Source: a bacterium
GTDB taxonomy: Bacteria > Patescibacteriota > Microgenomatia > UBA1400 > UBA12108
Direction: 5' to 3'
Length of the DNA: 64,000 nucleotides
Assembly: GCA_043827085.1 (NCBI GenBank)
Contig: JBDRPO010000016.1
Location: forward strand, 42,752-106,751
Part shown: positions 1 through 9,287 of the stretch, piece by piece
Numbering within the stretch: the first letter of the stretch is position 1
Layout of the letters: each line of letters begins with the position of its first letter
Notes under the pieces: generated by a model
Database searches by the model: none
The model's input: the letters and a program-made list of their open reading frames with translations, nothing else
Told to the model about the DNA's origin: nothing
Position numbers and translations under genes: made by a program

Positions 1-506
1 GCAAAATCGGCGAAGAAATGGAAGTCGTCGGTATGGGCAAAGACAAAAAAACCGTCGTAACCGGTGTCGAAATGTTTAGAAAACAACTCGACCAAGGTCA
101 GGCTGGTGATAATGTCGGACTCCTCCTTCGAGGTATTGAAAAAGATGATATTGAGCGCGGTCAAGTTATCGCCAAGCCCGGTAGTATCAAACCACACACC
201 GATTTTGAAGCTGAGGTATACGTTCTTACCAAAGAAGAAGGTGGTCGTCACACTCCATTCTTCTCCGGCTACAAACCCCAGTTCTACTTCAAGACAACTG
301 ACATCACCGGTGAGATCAAACTTCCAGAAGGAGTAGAGATGGTTATGCCAGGTGACAACGCCAAGATGACCGTCAAACTTATCGTCCCAGTCGCCATGGA
401 AGACGGTCTCAACTTCGCCATTCGCGAAGGCGGTAAAACCGTCGGTGCTGGCATCATTACTAAAATTTTGGCCGACAGTAAGCCAGAAATAAAAGCTAAG
501 AAATAA
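1..506 (+). CDS. tuf: Elongation factor Tu, C-terminal part (5'-truncated by window edge)
   Basis: Translation ...[43 protein letters not shown]...[15 protein letters not shown] is the classic EF-Tu domain 2/3 sequence. The frame is open from the window start. Confidence 0.9.
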   Translation, partial: KIGEEMEVVGMGKDKKTVVTGVEMFRKQLDQGQAGDNVGLLLRGIEKDDIERGQVIAKPGSIKPHTDFEAEVYVLTKEEGGRHTPFFSGYKPQFYFKTTDITGEIKLPEGVEMVMPGDNAKMTVKLIVPVAMEDGLNFAIREGGKTVGAGIITKILADSKPEIKAKK

Positions 507-520
507 GGACATGGATCTCT

Positions 521-558
521 AAAAGGACTTTCCTTCGAAGAAAGAGAGTCCTTTTACT
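521..558 (+). terminator. Rho-independent terminator-like hairpin after tuf (AGGACT...AGTCCT stem followed by TTTTACT)
   Basis: The inverted repeat aggact / agtcct plus a T-run is seen directly in the sequence. Confidence 0.5.
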
Positions 559-599
559 AAATAGTTATGTACAGCTCATGAGTTACCCTCATAGAGCAA

Positions 600-631
600 A
601 GATACGGTCCCGCCTTGGCAGGACCGTATCT
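600..631 (+). promoter_or_regulatory. Perfect 11-bp stem hairpin (AGATACGGTCC / GGACCGTATCT) in the S10-operon leader
   Basis: The perfect inverted repeat is seen in the sequence about 15 nt upstream of the rpsJ start. It could be an attenuator or processing structure. Confidence 0.4.
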
Positions 632-646
632 TAATTTAAAAAACAT

Positions 647-955
647 ATGGCAACCAACCGTATTAGAGTTAAGCTCAAATCTTTTGACCACCGCGTCATC
701 GACGAGGCAGCTCAAAAGATCGTCGATACCGCCATTCAGACCGGCGCCAGCGTTGTCGGTCCAGTTCCTCTCCCGACTCGCCGCAAGCTCATGGTTGTCT
801 TGACTAGTCCTCACGTCGATAAAAATGCCCGCGAACATTTCCAAATCCTGACCCACAAACGCTTAATTGACATCGAGAAGCCGACTGGCAAAACCATCGA
901 TTCACTGATGCACCTAGAACTTCCCGCCGGAGTAGGTATCGAAGTCAAGATGTAA
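647..955 (+). CDS. rpsJ: 30S ribosomal protein S10
   Basis: [29 protein letters not shown]... is a conserved S10 sequence. It is the first gene of the S10 operon. Confidence 0.95.
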   Translation: MATNRIRVKLKSFDHRVIDEAAQKIVDTAIQTGASVVGPVPLPTRRKLMVVLTSPHVDKNAREHFQILTHKRLIDIEKPTGKTIDSLMHLELPAGVGIEVKM

Positions 956-962
956 GGATTTT

Positions 963-1628
963 ATGATCACAATAATATACGGTCAAAAAATTGGCATGGG
1001 TGAGGCCTATCTCGGCGATACCCGTCGTGGAGTCACCAAAATTGAACTCTACCCAATGACCATTTCACAGCTGAAAACCGTTGAAAAAGATGGTTATTCC
1101 GCTCTCCAAGTCGGTTTTGGTAAGCGTAAGAAAAATCGCGAACTTACCTTTTTCGAAGGTCTAGAAAAGGGTAGCGTAATCAATCCTGGGGACGTTGTTG
1201 CCGTTGGCTCAGTTTGTGATATTCAGGGTACTTCAAAAGGTAAGGGTTTTGCTGGCGTCGTCAAACGCTGGAACTTCGCAGGCGGCCCCCGCACCCACGG
1301 CCAATCCGACCGCTTACGTGCACCAGGTTCTATCGGCCAAGGTACAACTCCAGGTCGCGTACACAAAGGCAAAAAGATGGCGGGCCGCATGGGTGGAGAC
1401 ACCGTGACCGTCAAAAAATCTCTCATTGTCGCCATGGACGGGAATGCCATTTGGGTCACTGGTCCGGTTCCAGGTGCTCGCCACTCCCTCATCCGCCTCG
1501 AAGTTATCAGTAAGCAAGACGCCGTCGAACTGTCCTATTTGACTGGTGGACTTCCCGTCAAAATTGTATCTAGCGTCAACGAAAAAAATCCAGAGCTTGT
1601 CGAAGAATCAGCCGAGGTAAAGGCATAA
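963..1628 (+). CDS. rplC: 50S ribosomal protein L3
   Basis: L3 motifs are present (GKGFAGVVKRWNF, GRMGGD) and the operon position fits. Confidence 0.95.
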   Translation: MITIIYGQKIGMGEAYLGDTRRGVTKIELYPMTISQLKTVEKDGYSALQVGFGKRKKNRELTFFEGLEKGSVINPGDVVAVGSVCDIQGTSKGKGFAGVVKRWNFAGGPRTHGQSDRLRAPGSIGQGTTPGRVHKGKKMAGRMGGDTVTVKKSLIVAMDGNAIWVTGPVPGARHSLIRLEVISKQDAVELSYLTGGLPVKIVSSVNEKNPELVEESAEVKA

Positions 1629-1632
1629 TAAT

Positions 1633-2259
1633 ATGAATATTCCTGTATTTGACCTCAAAGGTAAAGCTCTAGACGCCTGGAAAATCGACGACAAGTCCTT
1701 CGGTTGTGGGAATGATGTCCTCCTTGCTCAAGCAGTCCGGGTTTATACCAGCAACTCCCACCAAAAAACCCACAAAGTCTTAACTCGCGGCGAAGTTCAA
1801 GGTAGTACCAGAAAGATTTACCGCCAAAAAGGTACGGGTAATGCGAGGCACGGCGCCAAATACGCCCCAATCTTCGTTGGTGGTGGTATCGCCCACGGTC
1901 CAACGGGTGTGAGACCTGAAAATATGATCCTCCCCAAAAGCATGCGCCGAGCTGCGCTGCGAGCCGCCATACAAACTAAGCTTGTTGAGAAAACCATCTC
2001 TGGCCTTAGTGGGATTAAAACCTTCTCCGGCAAAACCTCTGGCCTCGTCAAGTTGCTTGCAACTGTTGCGGGTCACCCACAGAAATCAGTTCTCATGGTG
2101 ACCGACGGCAAAGCCATCCCCCTCTACCTTGGAGTCGCCAATCTCCAGGGTGTCAGCATGAAACGCGCAAGTCTTGTCAATGCCTACGATCTCATTGCGA
2201 GCGACCATCTAGTCCTCACCAAAAAAGCCTTAGAAACTATTACCAAAAGGACCCTATGA
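1633..2259 (+). CDS. rplD: 50S ribosomal protein L4
   Basis: L4-like sequence, in the operon between L3 and L23. Confidence 0.92.
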   Translation: MNIPVFDLKGKALDAWKIDDKSFGCGNDVLLAQAVRVYTSNSHQKTHKVLTRGEVQGSTRKIYRQKGTGNARHGAKYAPIFVGGGIAHGPTGVRPENMILPKSMRRAALRAAIQTKLVEKTISGLSGIKTFSGKTSGLVKLLATVAGHPQKSVLMVTDGKAIPLYLGVANLQGVSMKRASLVNAYDLIASDHLVLTKKALETITKRTL

Positions 2260-2543
2260 CTTTAATCAAACCCGTCATCACCGAAAAATCCATGCTCTCC
2301 GCCCGTCGCGGTATTTACACCTTTATGGTCCTGCTCGCTGCGGGTAAAAATCAAGTCAAAGAGGCCGTCGAAACGGCCTTTAAAGTTAAAGTTATCGCTA
2401 TCAATATCCTCCGTCGTCACGTGCCGGGGAAATCTACCGGTTCCAAACGTCTAAAAGGTAGTCCCAGCCAAACCAAGTTTGCCTCCGTCAAGTTAGTCAA
2501 AGGGCAATCAATTGATTTATTTGATCAGAAGGATAGTAAATAA
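2256..2543 (+). CDS. rplW: 50S ribosomal protein L23
   Basis: L23-sized ORF in the conserved position. Its start overlaps the rplD stop. Confidence 0.9.
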   Translation: MTLIKPVITEKSMLSARRGIYTFMVLLAAGKNQVKEAVETAFKVKVIAINILRRHVPGKSTGSKRLKGSPSQTKFASVKLVKGQSIDLFDQKDSK

Positions 2544-2544
2544 T

Positions 2545-3372
2545 ATGTTAAAAGCCAAAAATCCTACTTCTGCCGGTGTTCGCCATCAAGTCGATTTTGA
2601 TCGTGGCTTGACCGCCAGTAGTCCCGAGAAATCCCTGACTGTCGCCAAAAAGCAAAACTCCGGGAGAAATAATCATGGCCACGTCACCACTCGTCATCGG
2701 GGCGGGGGAGAGAAACGCCGTTTGCGTCTCCTAGATTACAAACGCAACAAGCCAGGCATCGAAGCTCGTGTGGTTTCGATCGAATACGATCCCAATCGGA
2801 GTGCTAATATCGCTCTCCTCTATTACCGCGATGGTGAAAAACGCTACATTTTGGCTCCCGACGGCTTGACTGTGGACTCACTGATTGTTTCAGGTCCAGA
2901 TGCTGAACCCAAAGTCGGTAATTCCCTTCCCATGAAAAAAATCCCCATAGGGCTCCCCATCCACAATCTCGAACTTAAAGTAGGTCGTGGTGGCCAAATT
3001 GTTCGCTCTGCAGGCACTTTTTCCTTAATTCAATCCAAGGAAGGGGAATTTGTTACTGTCAAGCTCCCTTCAGGGGAAATAAGATTGCTTAAAGGTGAAT
3101 GTTTTGCTACAATCGGCCAGGTCTCTAATCTGGATCACAAGAACCGGAAAATAGGGAAAGCTGGGCGGAAACGCCACATGGGTTGGCGTCCAGCCGTTCG
3201 TGGTATCGCTCAGCACCCCGGGTCTCACCCCCACGGTGGTGGAGAGGGCAGGTCAGGCATCGGTATGCCAGGACCCAAGACTCCTTGGGGCAAACCCGCA
3301 CTTGGTAAAAAGACTAGAGGCCGCTACAAATACTCGAATAAATACATTATTAAAGGCAGGAGAGTGAAATAA
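2545..3372 (+). CDS. rplB: 50S ribosomal protein L2
   Basis: L2 motifs are present (GRNNHGHVTTRHRGGG, GGEGRSG). The start is taken at the ATG right after the rplW stop (MLKAKNPTSAG...). Confidence 0.95.
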   Translation: MLKAKNPTSAGVRHQVDFDRGLTASSPEKSLTVAKKQNSGRNNHGHVTTRHRGGGEKRRLRLLDYKRNKPGIEARVVSIEYDPNRSANIALLYYRDGEKRYILAPDGLTVDSLIVSGPDAEPKVGNSLPMKKIPIGLPIHNLELKVGRGGQIVRSAGTFSLIQSKEGEFVTVKLPSGEIRLLKGECFATIGQVSNLDHKNRKIGKAGRKRHMGWRPAVRGIAQHPGSHPHGGGEGRSGIGMPGPKTPWGKPALGKKTRGRYKYSNKYIIKGRRVK

Positions 3373-3657
3373 ATGAGCCGCAGCAGTGCCAAAGGACCAT
3401 ACGTCGACGCTAAACTTCTAGCGAAGGTTATGAAGGCTGGTATGTCTGGCACCAAAATGCCCATCAAGACATGGGCTCGTGCCTCAAGTATCCCCCCAGA
3501 GTTCGTTGGGCACACCTTCCTCGTCCACAACGGGCGGGTATTCAAAGAAGTTTTTGTTTCTGAAGGTATGGTAGGTCACAAACTGGGAGAATTCTCTCCG
3601 ACCCGCACCTTCCGTGGTCACGGCAAGATCGTTAAACGCACACTCACAAAGACCTAA
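3373..3657 (+). CDS. rpsS: 30S ribosomal protein S19
   Basis: [12 protein letters not shown]...HNGR...GHKLGEF is an S19 signature. Confidence 0.95.
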   Translation: MSRSSAKGPYVDAKLLAKVMKAGMSGTKMPIKTWARASSIPPEFVGHTFLVHNGRVFKEVFVSEGMVGHKLGEFSPTRTFRGHGKIVKRTLTKT

Positions 3658-3661
3658 ACTT

Positions 3662-4006
3662 ATGAAAACTATTCAACGCTTTGTCCGCACCAGTCCCCGC
3701 AAACTCCGTCTTGTGGCCGATGCCGTCCGCAAACTTTCGCCCGGTGAAGCCCTCCTCCACCTAAAATTCACCGGCAAAGCCGCCGCTCTCCCCATGTACA
3801 AAGCTATTAAACAAGCGGTATCAAACGCCAAAGATCAAACAGGCCTCACCGTCGATAAACTTGCCTTTAAAACCCTCGACGTCATGGAGGGTCCCACCTA
3901 CAAACGTTTCCAAGCAGTGTCCCGTGGAATGGCCCATTCTATTATGAAGCGCACTAGTCATATTCGTGTTGAGCTGAAGGAGGTTAGCCGTGGGCCAAAA
4001 AGTTAA
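3662..4006 (+). CDS. rplV: 50S ribosomal protein L22
   Basis: L22-like sequence starting MKTIQRFVRTSPRKLRLVADAVR. The start is chosen at the ATG after the rpsS stop. Confidence 0.9.
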   Translation: MKTIQRFVRTSPRKLRLVADAVRKLSPGEALLHLKFTGKAAALPMYKAIKQAVSNAKDQTGLTVDKLAFKTLDVMEGPTYKRFQAVSRGMAHSIMKRTSHIRVELKEVSRGPKS

Positions 4007-4640
4007 CCCCCTAAGTTTCCGCTTAGGTATCCTCTATAAGGCTTCATCTACTTGGTTTGCCGCCAAGAAAGATTACCAGGGTCTAGTTCTCTCGGACATC
4101 AAGATTAAACAATTTATCTTCAAACGCCTCACTCTCGCCGGTATTGTTTCCGTGGAAATCGAACGCTCCATCAACATCATCAAAATCATCGTGAGCGCCG
4201 GCAGACCCGGCGTGATTATTGGCCGTGGTGGTGCCAATCTCGAGATCCTCAAAAAAGAACTCGAAGCCTACCTCAAAAAAATCGGCTCCGGCAACTCGCT
4301 CAAGTTCCAACTCGATGTCAAAGAAGTCAAAAATCCCGATCTTTCCGCCAAACTCGTCGGCGAGCGGATTGCCGAACAGCTTATCAAACGTTATCCTCAC
4401 CGCCGTGCTGTGAGCCAAGCTCAGGAGCGCGTAATGTCTGCTGGAGCCAAAGGTATCAAAATCCAACTCTCTGGCCGTGTAGGGGGTGCCGAAATCGGCC
4501 GTAGCGAAAAATATCCCATGGGCACCATTCCCACTCAAACTCTCCGCTCCGATATTGACTACGCAAAAGTTCCAGCCCTCACTCGCTCCGGTTACGTCGG
4601 AATCAAAGTCTGGATTTATAAAGGCGAGGCAGTTATATGA
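3990..4640 (+). CDS. rpsC: 30S ribosomal protein S3 (GTG start)
   Basis: The KH-domain S3 sequence starts MGQKVNPLSFRLGI. It overlaps the rplV end. Confidence 0.93.
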   Translation: MGQKVNPLSFRLGILYKASSTWFAAKKDYQGLVLSDIKIKQFIFKRLTLAGIVSVEIERSINIIKIIVSAGRPGVIIGRGGANLEILKKELEAYLKKIGSGNSLKFQLDVKEVKNPDLSAKLVGERIAEQLIKRYPHRRAVSQAQERVMSAGAKGIKIQLSGRVGGAEIGRSEKYPMGTIPTQTLRSDIDYAKVPALTRSGYVGIKVWIYKGEAVI

Positions 4641-5050
4641 TGCAACCAAAAAAATCCAAACACCGCAAAGAGTTCCGTGGCACTATGGGCGGTGTTGCCA
4701 CGCGTGGGGCTACAGTCGCTTTTGGCGATTTTGGTCTCAAAGTCATCGAAAGCGCCTGGATTTCTGCCGCGCAGTTAGAATCCGCGCGCCGCACCATCAC
4801 CCATCACACCAAGCGTGGTGGCAAACTTTGGCTTCGCGTTTTCCCCCACAAACCTCTGACTCACAAAGCCGCTGGGAGCAAAATGGGATCCGGCAAAGGT
4901 GATATCGACAAATATACCGCCGTCGTCAAGCGTGGCACCGTCGTTTTTGAATTAGGTAGTCTCGACGAGGAAACCGCCCGCGAAGCTTTCCGCAAAGCCG
5001 CTTCCAAATTACCCGTCGCGACGAGCTTTGTTATCCGGGGTGCCATATAA
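4637..5050 (+). CDS. rplP: 50S ribosomal protein L16
   Basis: MMQPKKSKHRKEFRG...RGGKLWLRVFP is an L16 signature. Confidence 0.95.
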   Translation: MMQPKKSKHRKEFRGTMGGVATRGATVAFGDFGLKVIESAWISAAQLESARRTITHHTKRGGKLWLRVFPHKPLTHKAAGSKMGSGKGDIDKYTAVVKRGTVVFELGSLDEETAREAFRKAASKLPVATSFVIRGAI

Positions 5051-5119
5051 TATGACCTACATCATGAAATCTAATAAAAATCGAAATAGTTGTAGCGAAA
5101 CGAAGTGGAGCGAAATACT

Positions 5120-5329
5120 ATGAAACTCAAAAAAAATGACTATCAAGAACTAAGAAAAGGTGGGGTCAAAGCCATCGATACCAAGCTCGCCGAACTCTCA
5201 GGTGAACTAGTCAAAACTACAATTGCGAAAATGAAAAACGAACTCAAGAATCTTCGCGAGCCTGGGTTAATTCGCAGAGCGATCGCCAAACTCAAAACTA
5301 TTAGAGCCGAATTAAAGGGGGCCAAGTGA
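5120..5329 (+). CDS. rpmC: 50S ribosomal protein L29
   Basis: A ~69-aa coiled-coil L29-like protein in the conserved position. The start is taken at the internal ATG (MKLKKNDYQEL...). Confidence 0.85.
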   Translation: MKLKKNDYQELRKGGVKAIDTKLAELSGELVKTTIAKMKNELKNLREPGLIRRAIAKLKTIRAELKGAK

Positions 5330-5556
5330 AAAAATTAACCGCCACCGTTATCTCGACCAAACTTGCTCAAAGCGCCGTTGTACTGGTTGAGACTTCCTGG
5401 AAGCACCCCCTCTACAACAAACTCGTCAGAAGGAGTAAAAAATATCTCGTTCAAAATGACGTCAAAGCCAAAGACGGCGAGACCGTTGAGATCCAAGAAA
5501 CCAGGCCCCTCTCAGCTCGCAAACGCTTCACCATTACCAAGGTAATCAAGAAATAA
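5326..5556 (+). CDS. rpsQ: 30S ribosomal protein S17 (GTG start)
   Basis: S17-like OB-fold sequence in the conserved position. Confidence 0.9.
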   Translation: MKKLTATVISTKLAQSAVVLVETSWKHPLYNKLVRRSKKYLVQNDVKAKDGETVEIQETRPLSARKRFTITKVIKK

Positions 5557-5560
5557 CAAT

Positions 5561-5932
5561 ATGATACAACTACGCTCAGTCCTCGCTTCAGCCGATAACT
5601 CAGGTGCTCGCCGCCTCAAAGTTATCCACGTCCACGGTGGTTCATGGCGCCGTTTTGGCTACATCGGCGACATGGTCTCAGTCGTAGTTGATGGGGCTGA
5701 CCCCAATGGTACCGTCAAAGACTCCCAACTCGTCAAAGCCGTGATCGTCCGAACTCGTAAAGAGACGAGGCGCGAGGACGGAACCTACGTTCGCTTCGAC
5801 GACAACGCCGCCGTCATTATCGATGAGAAAACCAAAGATCCCATCGCCTCCCGTGTTTTTGGTCCAATCGCGCGTGAAGTCAAAGACCGAGGCTACACCA
5901 AGATCGCCTCGCTTGCAGAGGAGGTAGTATAG
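5561..5932 (+). CDS. rplN: 50S ribosomal protein L14
   Basis: MIQLRSVLASADNSGARRL is an L14 signature. Confidence 0.95.
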   Translation: MIQLRSVLASADNSGARRLKVIHVHGGSWRRFGYIGDMVSVVVDGADPNGTVKDSQLVKAVIVRTRKETRREDGTYVRFDDNAAVIIDEKTKDPIASRVFGPIAREVKDRGYTKIASLAEEVV

Positions 5933-5933
5933 T

Positions 5934-6233
5934 ATGAAAAAATTTAAGAAAGGGGACATCGTCCTCGTCACCGGCGGCAAAGACAAGGGCAAAACCGGCG
6001 AAATCATGAGGGTCTTCCCCAAAAAAGACACGGTTATCGTCAAAGGCGCCAATATGTACAAAAAGCACGTCAAACCCACCCAAAATACTCAGGGCGGCAT
6101 GGTAGCCAAAGAACGCCCACTTTCGACCGGTAAAATTATGCTCACAGTAGCAGGTAAACCAGTACGGGTTGGCCTTAAGGTTGAGAAGTCAGGCACCGTC
6201 CGCATCAACAAAAAGACCGGAGGAAAGATATGA
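5934..6233 (+). CDS. rplX: 50S ribosomal protein L24
   Basis: KOW-motif L24 sequence (KKGDIVLVTGGKDKGKTGEI). Confidence 0.92.
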   Translation: MKKFKKGDIVLVTGGKDKGKTGEIMRVFPKKDTVIVKGANMYKKHVKPTQNTQGGMVAKERPLSTGKIMLTVAGKPVRVGLKVEKSGTVRINKKTGGKI

Positions 6234-6787
6234 CCGTCGATGCCAATCTAAAGACTCGTTTCGAAACCGACTATAGTCTCAAGCTCATGCAAGAGCTGGG
6301 ACTTAAAAACAAGTTGGCTACGCCTCGCCTGTCCAAAATCATTCTCAACGTCGGCATCTCCAAATCCGACAGCTCCACTAAAGACGTCGAAGTAGTAAAA
6401 GGTGAGCTTGCTGCTTTGTCTGGTCTCTCACCCAAAGTGGGAGGCGCCAAGCAATCTATCGCCGGTTTTAAGATTCGCGCTGGCGACCCCGTCGGTGTGT
6501 CCGTGACTCTTCGCGGGGTAAAAATGTTTGATTTCCTCGATAAATTGTGTAGAATAGTGCTTCCGCAAGTTAAAGATTTTCGCGGAGTCAAAAGTACCGC
6601 TTTTGATGGTCACGGCAACTACACACTCGGACTCTCGGAACAGATAATTTTCCCCGAGATCGATTACGGGAAGACCGAAAAAATTCATGGTTTGGAGATC
6701 GTGATCGTCACGACCGCCAAAAATAATGAGGACGCTTACGCCCTCTTGAAAATACTCGGAATGCCTTTTGAAAAGGCGGATAAATAA
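6230..6787 (+). CDS. rplE: 50S ribosomal protein L5
   Basis: L5-like sequence in the conserved position. It shares an ATGA overlap with rplX. Confidence 0.93.
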   Translation: MTVDANLKTRFETDYSLKLMQELGLKNKLATPRLSKIILNVGISKSDSSTKDVEVVKGELAALSGLSPKVGGAKQSIAGFKIRAGDPVGVSVTLRGVKMFDFLDKLCRIVLPQVKDFRGVKSTAFDGHGNYTLGLSEQIIFPEIDYGKTEKIHGLEIVIVTTAKNNEDAYALLKILGMPFEKADK

Positions 6788-6788
6788 T

Positions 6789-6974
6789 ATGGCACGCAAA
6801 TCACTGGTCCTCAAAAGCCAGCTTAAACCAAAGTTCTCAACCCGCGCTCACAGCCGCTGTAAACTTTGTGGTCGCCCCAAAGCCTACATGCGCCATTTTG
6901 GGATGTGCCGTCTATGCTTTAGACAAGAAGCCCAAAAAGGCAACCTACCAGGAGTTACCAAAGCCAGTTGGTAA
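6789..6974 (+). CDS. rpsN: 30S ribosomal protein S14 type Z (zinc-binding, 61 aa)
   Basis: [10 protein letters not shown]...[22 protein letters not shown] has the CxxC...CxxC short-form S14 pattern. Confidence 0.9.
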   Translation: MARKSLVLKSQLKPKFSTRAHSRCKLCGRPKAYMRHFGMCRLCFRQEAQKGNLPGVTKASW

Positions 6975-6984
6975 GGATACTTAT

Positions 6985-7380
6985 ATGATTAACGACCACA
7001 TCTCCGACATGCTGACTCGCGTAAAAAATGCTTACGCCATGCACAAAAAAACCGTCTCCATGCCCTATACCAAAGTTATTGAATCTGTGGCTAAAGTCAT
7101 GGAAGATGAAAAGTACCTCTCCAAAGTCGAGGTGACTGGCGAAAAAGCAGCCGACAAAAAATTGGTTTTAACTCTCAGTTACAAATTGGATACCGCGGCA
7201 GTGAGTAGCGTCAAACGCATCTCCAAGCCAGGTGTCCGCATCTATCGTCCTCTCCACAGCTTCCGTCCTGTGCTCTCTGGTATGGGGATCGCGATTCTGA
7301 GTACTTCCAAAGGAATTATGTCTGACCGCCAAGCTAAAATTGCGGGTGTAGGAGGAGAAGTTCTCGCCGAACTTTGGTAA
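6985..7380 (+). CDS. rpsH: 30S ribosomal protein S8
   Basis: MINDHISDMLTRVKNAY is an S8 signature. The start is set at the internal ATG after rpsN. Confidence 0.93.
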   Translation: MINDHISDMLTRVKNAYAMHKKTVSMPYTKVIESVAKVMEDEKYLSKVEVTGEKAADKKLVLTLSYKLDTAAVSSVKRISKPGVRIYRPLHSFRPVLSGMGIAILSTSKGIMSDRQAKIAGVGGEVLAELW

Positions 7381-7384
7381 TCAT

Positions 7385-7933
7385 ATGTCAAAAATAGGTC
7401 GTCTACCCATCACCGTTCCTCCCACTGTTACCATCACGGTTAGCGGCAAAGTCGTCACGGTCAAAGGGCCAAAAGGTGAACTTTCCTTGAACATTCAACC
7501 CAAAATTAAACTTGAACAAACCGGCGATCAACTGGTCATTACCCGCGAGAGTGAAGATAAGCCAGTCCGCGCCCTTCATGGCATGACTCGCGCCTTGCTC
7601 TCCAATATGGTTAAAGGCGTGACCGATGGTTTCACCAAAAATCTCGAACTCGTTGGCACAGGGTATCGCGCACGTATGAACGGTAAAACCATTGTCCTTT
7701 CTCTCGGTTTCTCTCACGAAATCGAATTTGTTCCGCCTCAGGGTATCGAAATTAAAGTCGAGGGCACCAACGTTATCACGATCACAGGACGCGACATTCA
7801 AGCCGTCGGTCAAGTCGCCGCTGTCATCAGATCATACAGAAAACCCGAGCCCTACAAAGGTAAGGGTATCCGCTACGCCGGAGAAGTTGTGCGTAGGAAA
7901 GCCGGTAAAGCCGCCAAAGCCGCTGTCGCCTAA
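7385..7933 (+). CDS. rplF: 50S ribosomal protein L6
   Basis: L6-like two-domain sequence in the conserved position. Confidence 0.93.
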   Translation: MSKIGRLPITVPPTVTITVSGKVVTVKGPKGELSLNIQPKIKLEQTGDQLVITRESEDKPVRALHGMTRALLSNMVKGVTDGFTKNLELVGTGYRARMNGKTIVLSLGFSHEIEFVPPQGIEIKVEGTNVITITGRDIQAVGQVAAVIRSYRKPEPYKGKGIRYAGEVVRRKAGKAAKAAVA

Positions 7934-7945
7934 TAAATAATAAAT

Positions 7946-8290
7946 ATGAAAAAACTAGTATCTAAACAGTCACGCATCACTCGAGTCCGCGCCAGTCTCA
8001 AAAGTTCTGGTCGTCCCCGCCTTACCCTTTTCCGCTCTAACGAGCATCTTTGGGCTCAAATTATCGACGATGCATCCGGTAAAACTATAGTCTCCGTAAG
8101 CACCAAGACTATTACAAGTAAAAAAGGTGACACGAAAACTGTTCGCGCTGGCATAGTTGGCACAGAAATCGCGCGTCTTGCTCTCGCCAAAAAACTTAAA
8201 CAAATAGTATTCGATCGTGGCGCATATAAATATCATGGTCGTGTCAAAGCCGTAGCTGATGCGGCCCGTGCCGGCGGACTGGAGTTCTAA
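7946..8290 (+). CDS. rplR: 50S ribosomal protein L18
   Basis: L18-like sequence ([20 protein letters not shown]). Confidence 0.9.
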   Translation: MKKLVSKQSRITRVRASLKSSGRPRLTLFRSNEHLWAQIIDDASGKTIVSVSTKTITSKKGDTKTVRAGIVGTEIARLALAKKLKQIVFDRGAYKYHGRVKAVADAARAGGLEF

Positions 8291-8291
8291 T

Positions 8292-8831
8292 ATGTACAAC
8301 AATAGATCACAAAACAAAGATCGCGCACCTCGCGCCCCACAGGAATTTGACGAAAAAGTCATCCGCATCTCTCGGGTAACCAAGAAAACCAAGGGTGGCA
8401 ACAACATTAGCTTTACTGCTCTAGTAGTCGTTGGTGACCACAAGGGTCGAGTTGGGGTCGCGCTCGGAAAAGCCAAAGACGTCATGAACGCCATTAAAAA
8501 AGGCGTCCGTCGTGGCAAAAAGACAGTAATCACAGTCCCCTTAGTCGAAAATCGTACTATCCCTCACGAACTCATGGTCAAGTTTGGTGCTGCCAAACTT
8601 ATCCTCAAGCCCGCCCCCGCCGGTACCGGCGTGATCGCGGGAGGCAGTGTTCGCGCCATTCTTGAGCTCGCCGGCATCAAAGACGTTGTCTCCAAGATCC
8701 TCGGCACCAACAACAAGATGAGCAATGTCACCGCAACCTTTGAGGCTCTCAAAATTATGAAAAAAACTGTCGCCATAAAATCTGCGCTCGGTCAAACCAA
8801 CACTAAAAAAACAGTTACCCAAAATCATTAA
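8292..8831 (+). CDS. rpsE: 30S ribosomal protein S5
   Basis: S5 dsRBD and C-terminal domain are present (RVTKKTKGGNNISFTALVVVGD). The start is at the ATG after the rplR stop. Confidence 0.93.
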   Translation: MYNNRSQNKDRAPRAPQEFDEKVIRISRVTKKTKGGNNISFTALVVVGDHKGRVGVALGKAKDVMNAIKKGVRRGKKTVITVPLVENRTIPHELMVKFGAAKLILKPAPAGTGVIAGGSVRAILELAGIKDVVSKILGTNNKMSNVTATFEALKIMKKTVAIKSALGQTNTKKTVTQNH

Positions 8832-8840
8832 ATAAAACCT

Positions 8841-9287
8841 ATGCAACTAAACTTACTCCCCAAACTATCCGCCCGCAAAAACAAGCGCCTCGGCCATGGC
8901 TATGGCTCGGGAAAAGGTGGACACACCAGTAGTCGCGGTCAAAAAGGACAAAAGTCCAGGAACCACGTCCGCTTATCATTTACCGGCTCCTCTTGGGTTT
9001 GGTTCAAGCGTTTACCCTTTATGCGAGGGAAAAGTCGTTTTAACTCATTTGGCAAGCGCGCCCTCATCAACCTCTCATCCCTCAATGTATTCCCCGCTGG
9101 TTCAGTCATTACAATGGAAAAGCTCATCGAAGCCAAAATTATCTCCAAAAATCAGGCCACCATCTCTAGGGTTAAAATTGTCGGTACGGGAGAACTCACC
9201 AAAAAACTCAAAGTCATGATTCCGGCGACGACTAGTGCCGTCAAAGCCATCATAGCCGCTAAAGGGGAGTACAGTGGACAAGATTAG
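8841..9287 (+). CDS. rplO: 50S ribosomal protein L15
   Basis: [24 protein letters not shown] is an L15 signature. It directly follows rpsE with no L30 gene between them. Confidence 0.92.
   Translation: MQLNLLPKLSARKNKRLGHGYGSGKGGHTSSRGQKGQKSRNHVRLSFTGSSWVWFKRLPFMRGKSRFNSFGKRALINLSSLNVFPAGSVITMEKLIEAKIISKNQATISRVKIVGTGELTKKLKVMIPATTSAVKAIIAAKGEYSGQD

Noticed and set aside
4083-4649. A 188-aa minus-strand ORF antisense to rpsC.
   Set aside because: It overlaps a universally conserved ribosomal protein gene and is an acidic low-complexity translation.
7970-8533. A 187-aa minus-strand ORF antisense to rplR/rpsE.
   Set aside because: It is a shadow ORF inside conserved ribosomal genes.
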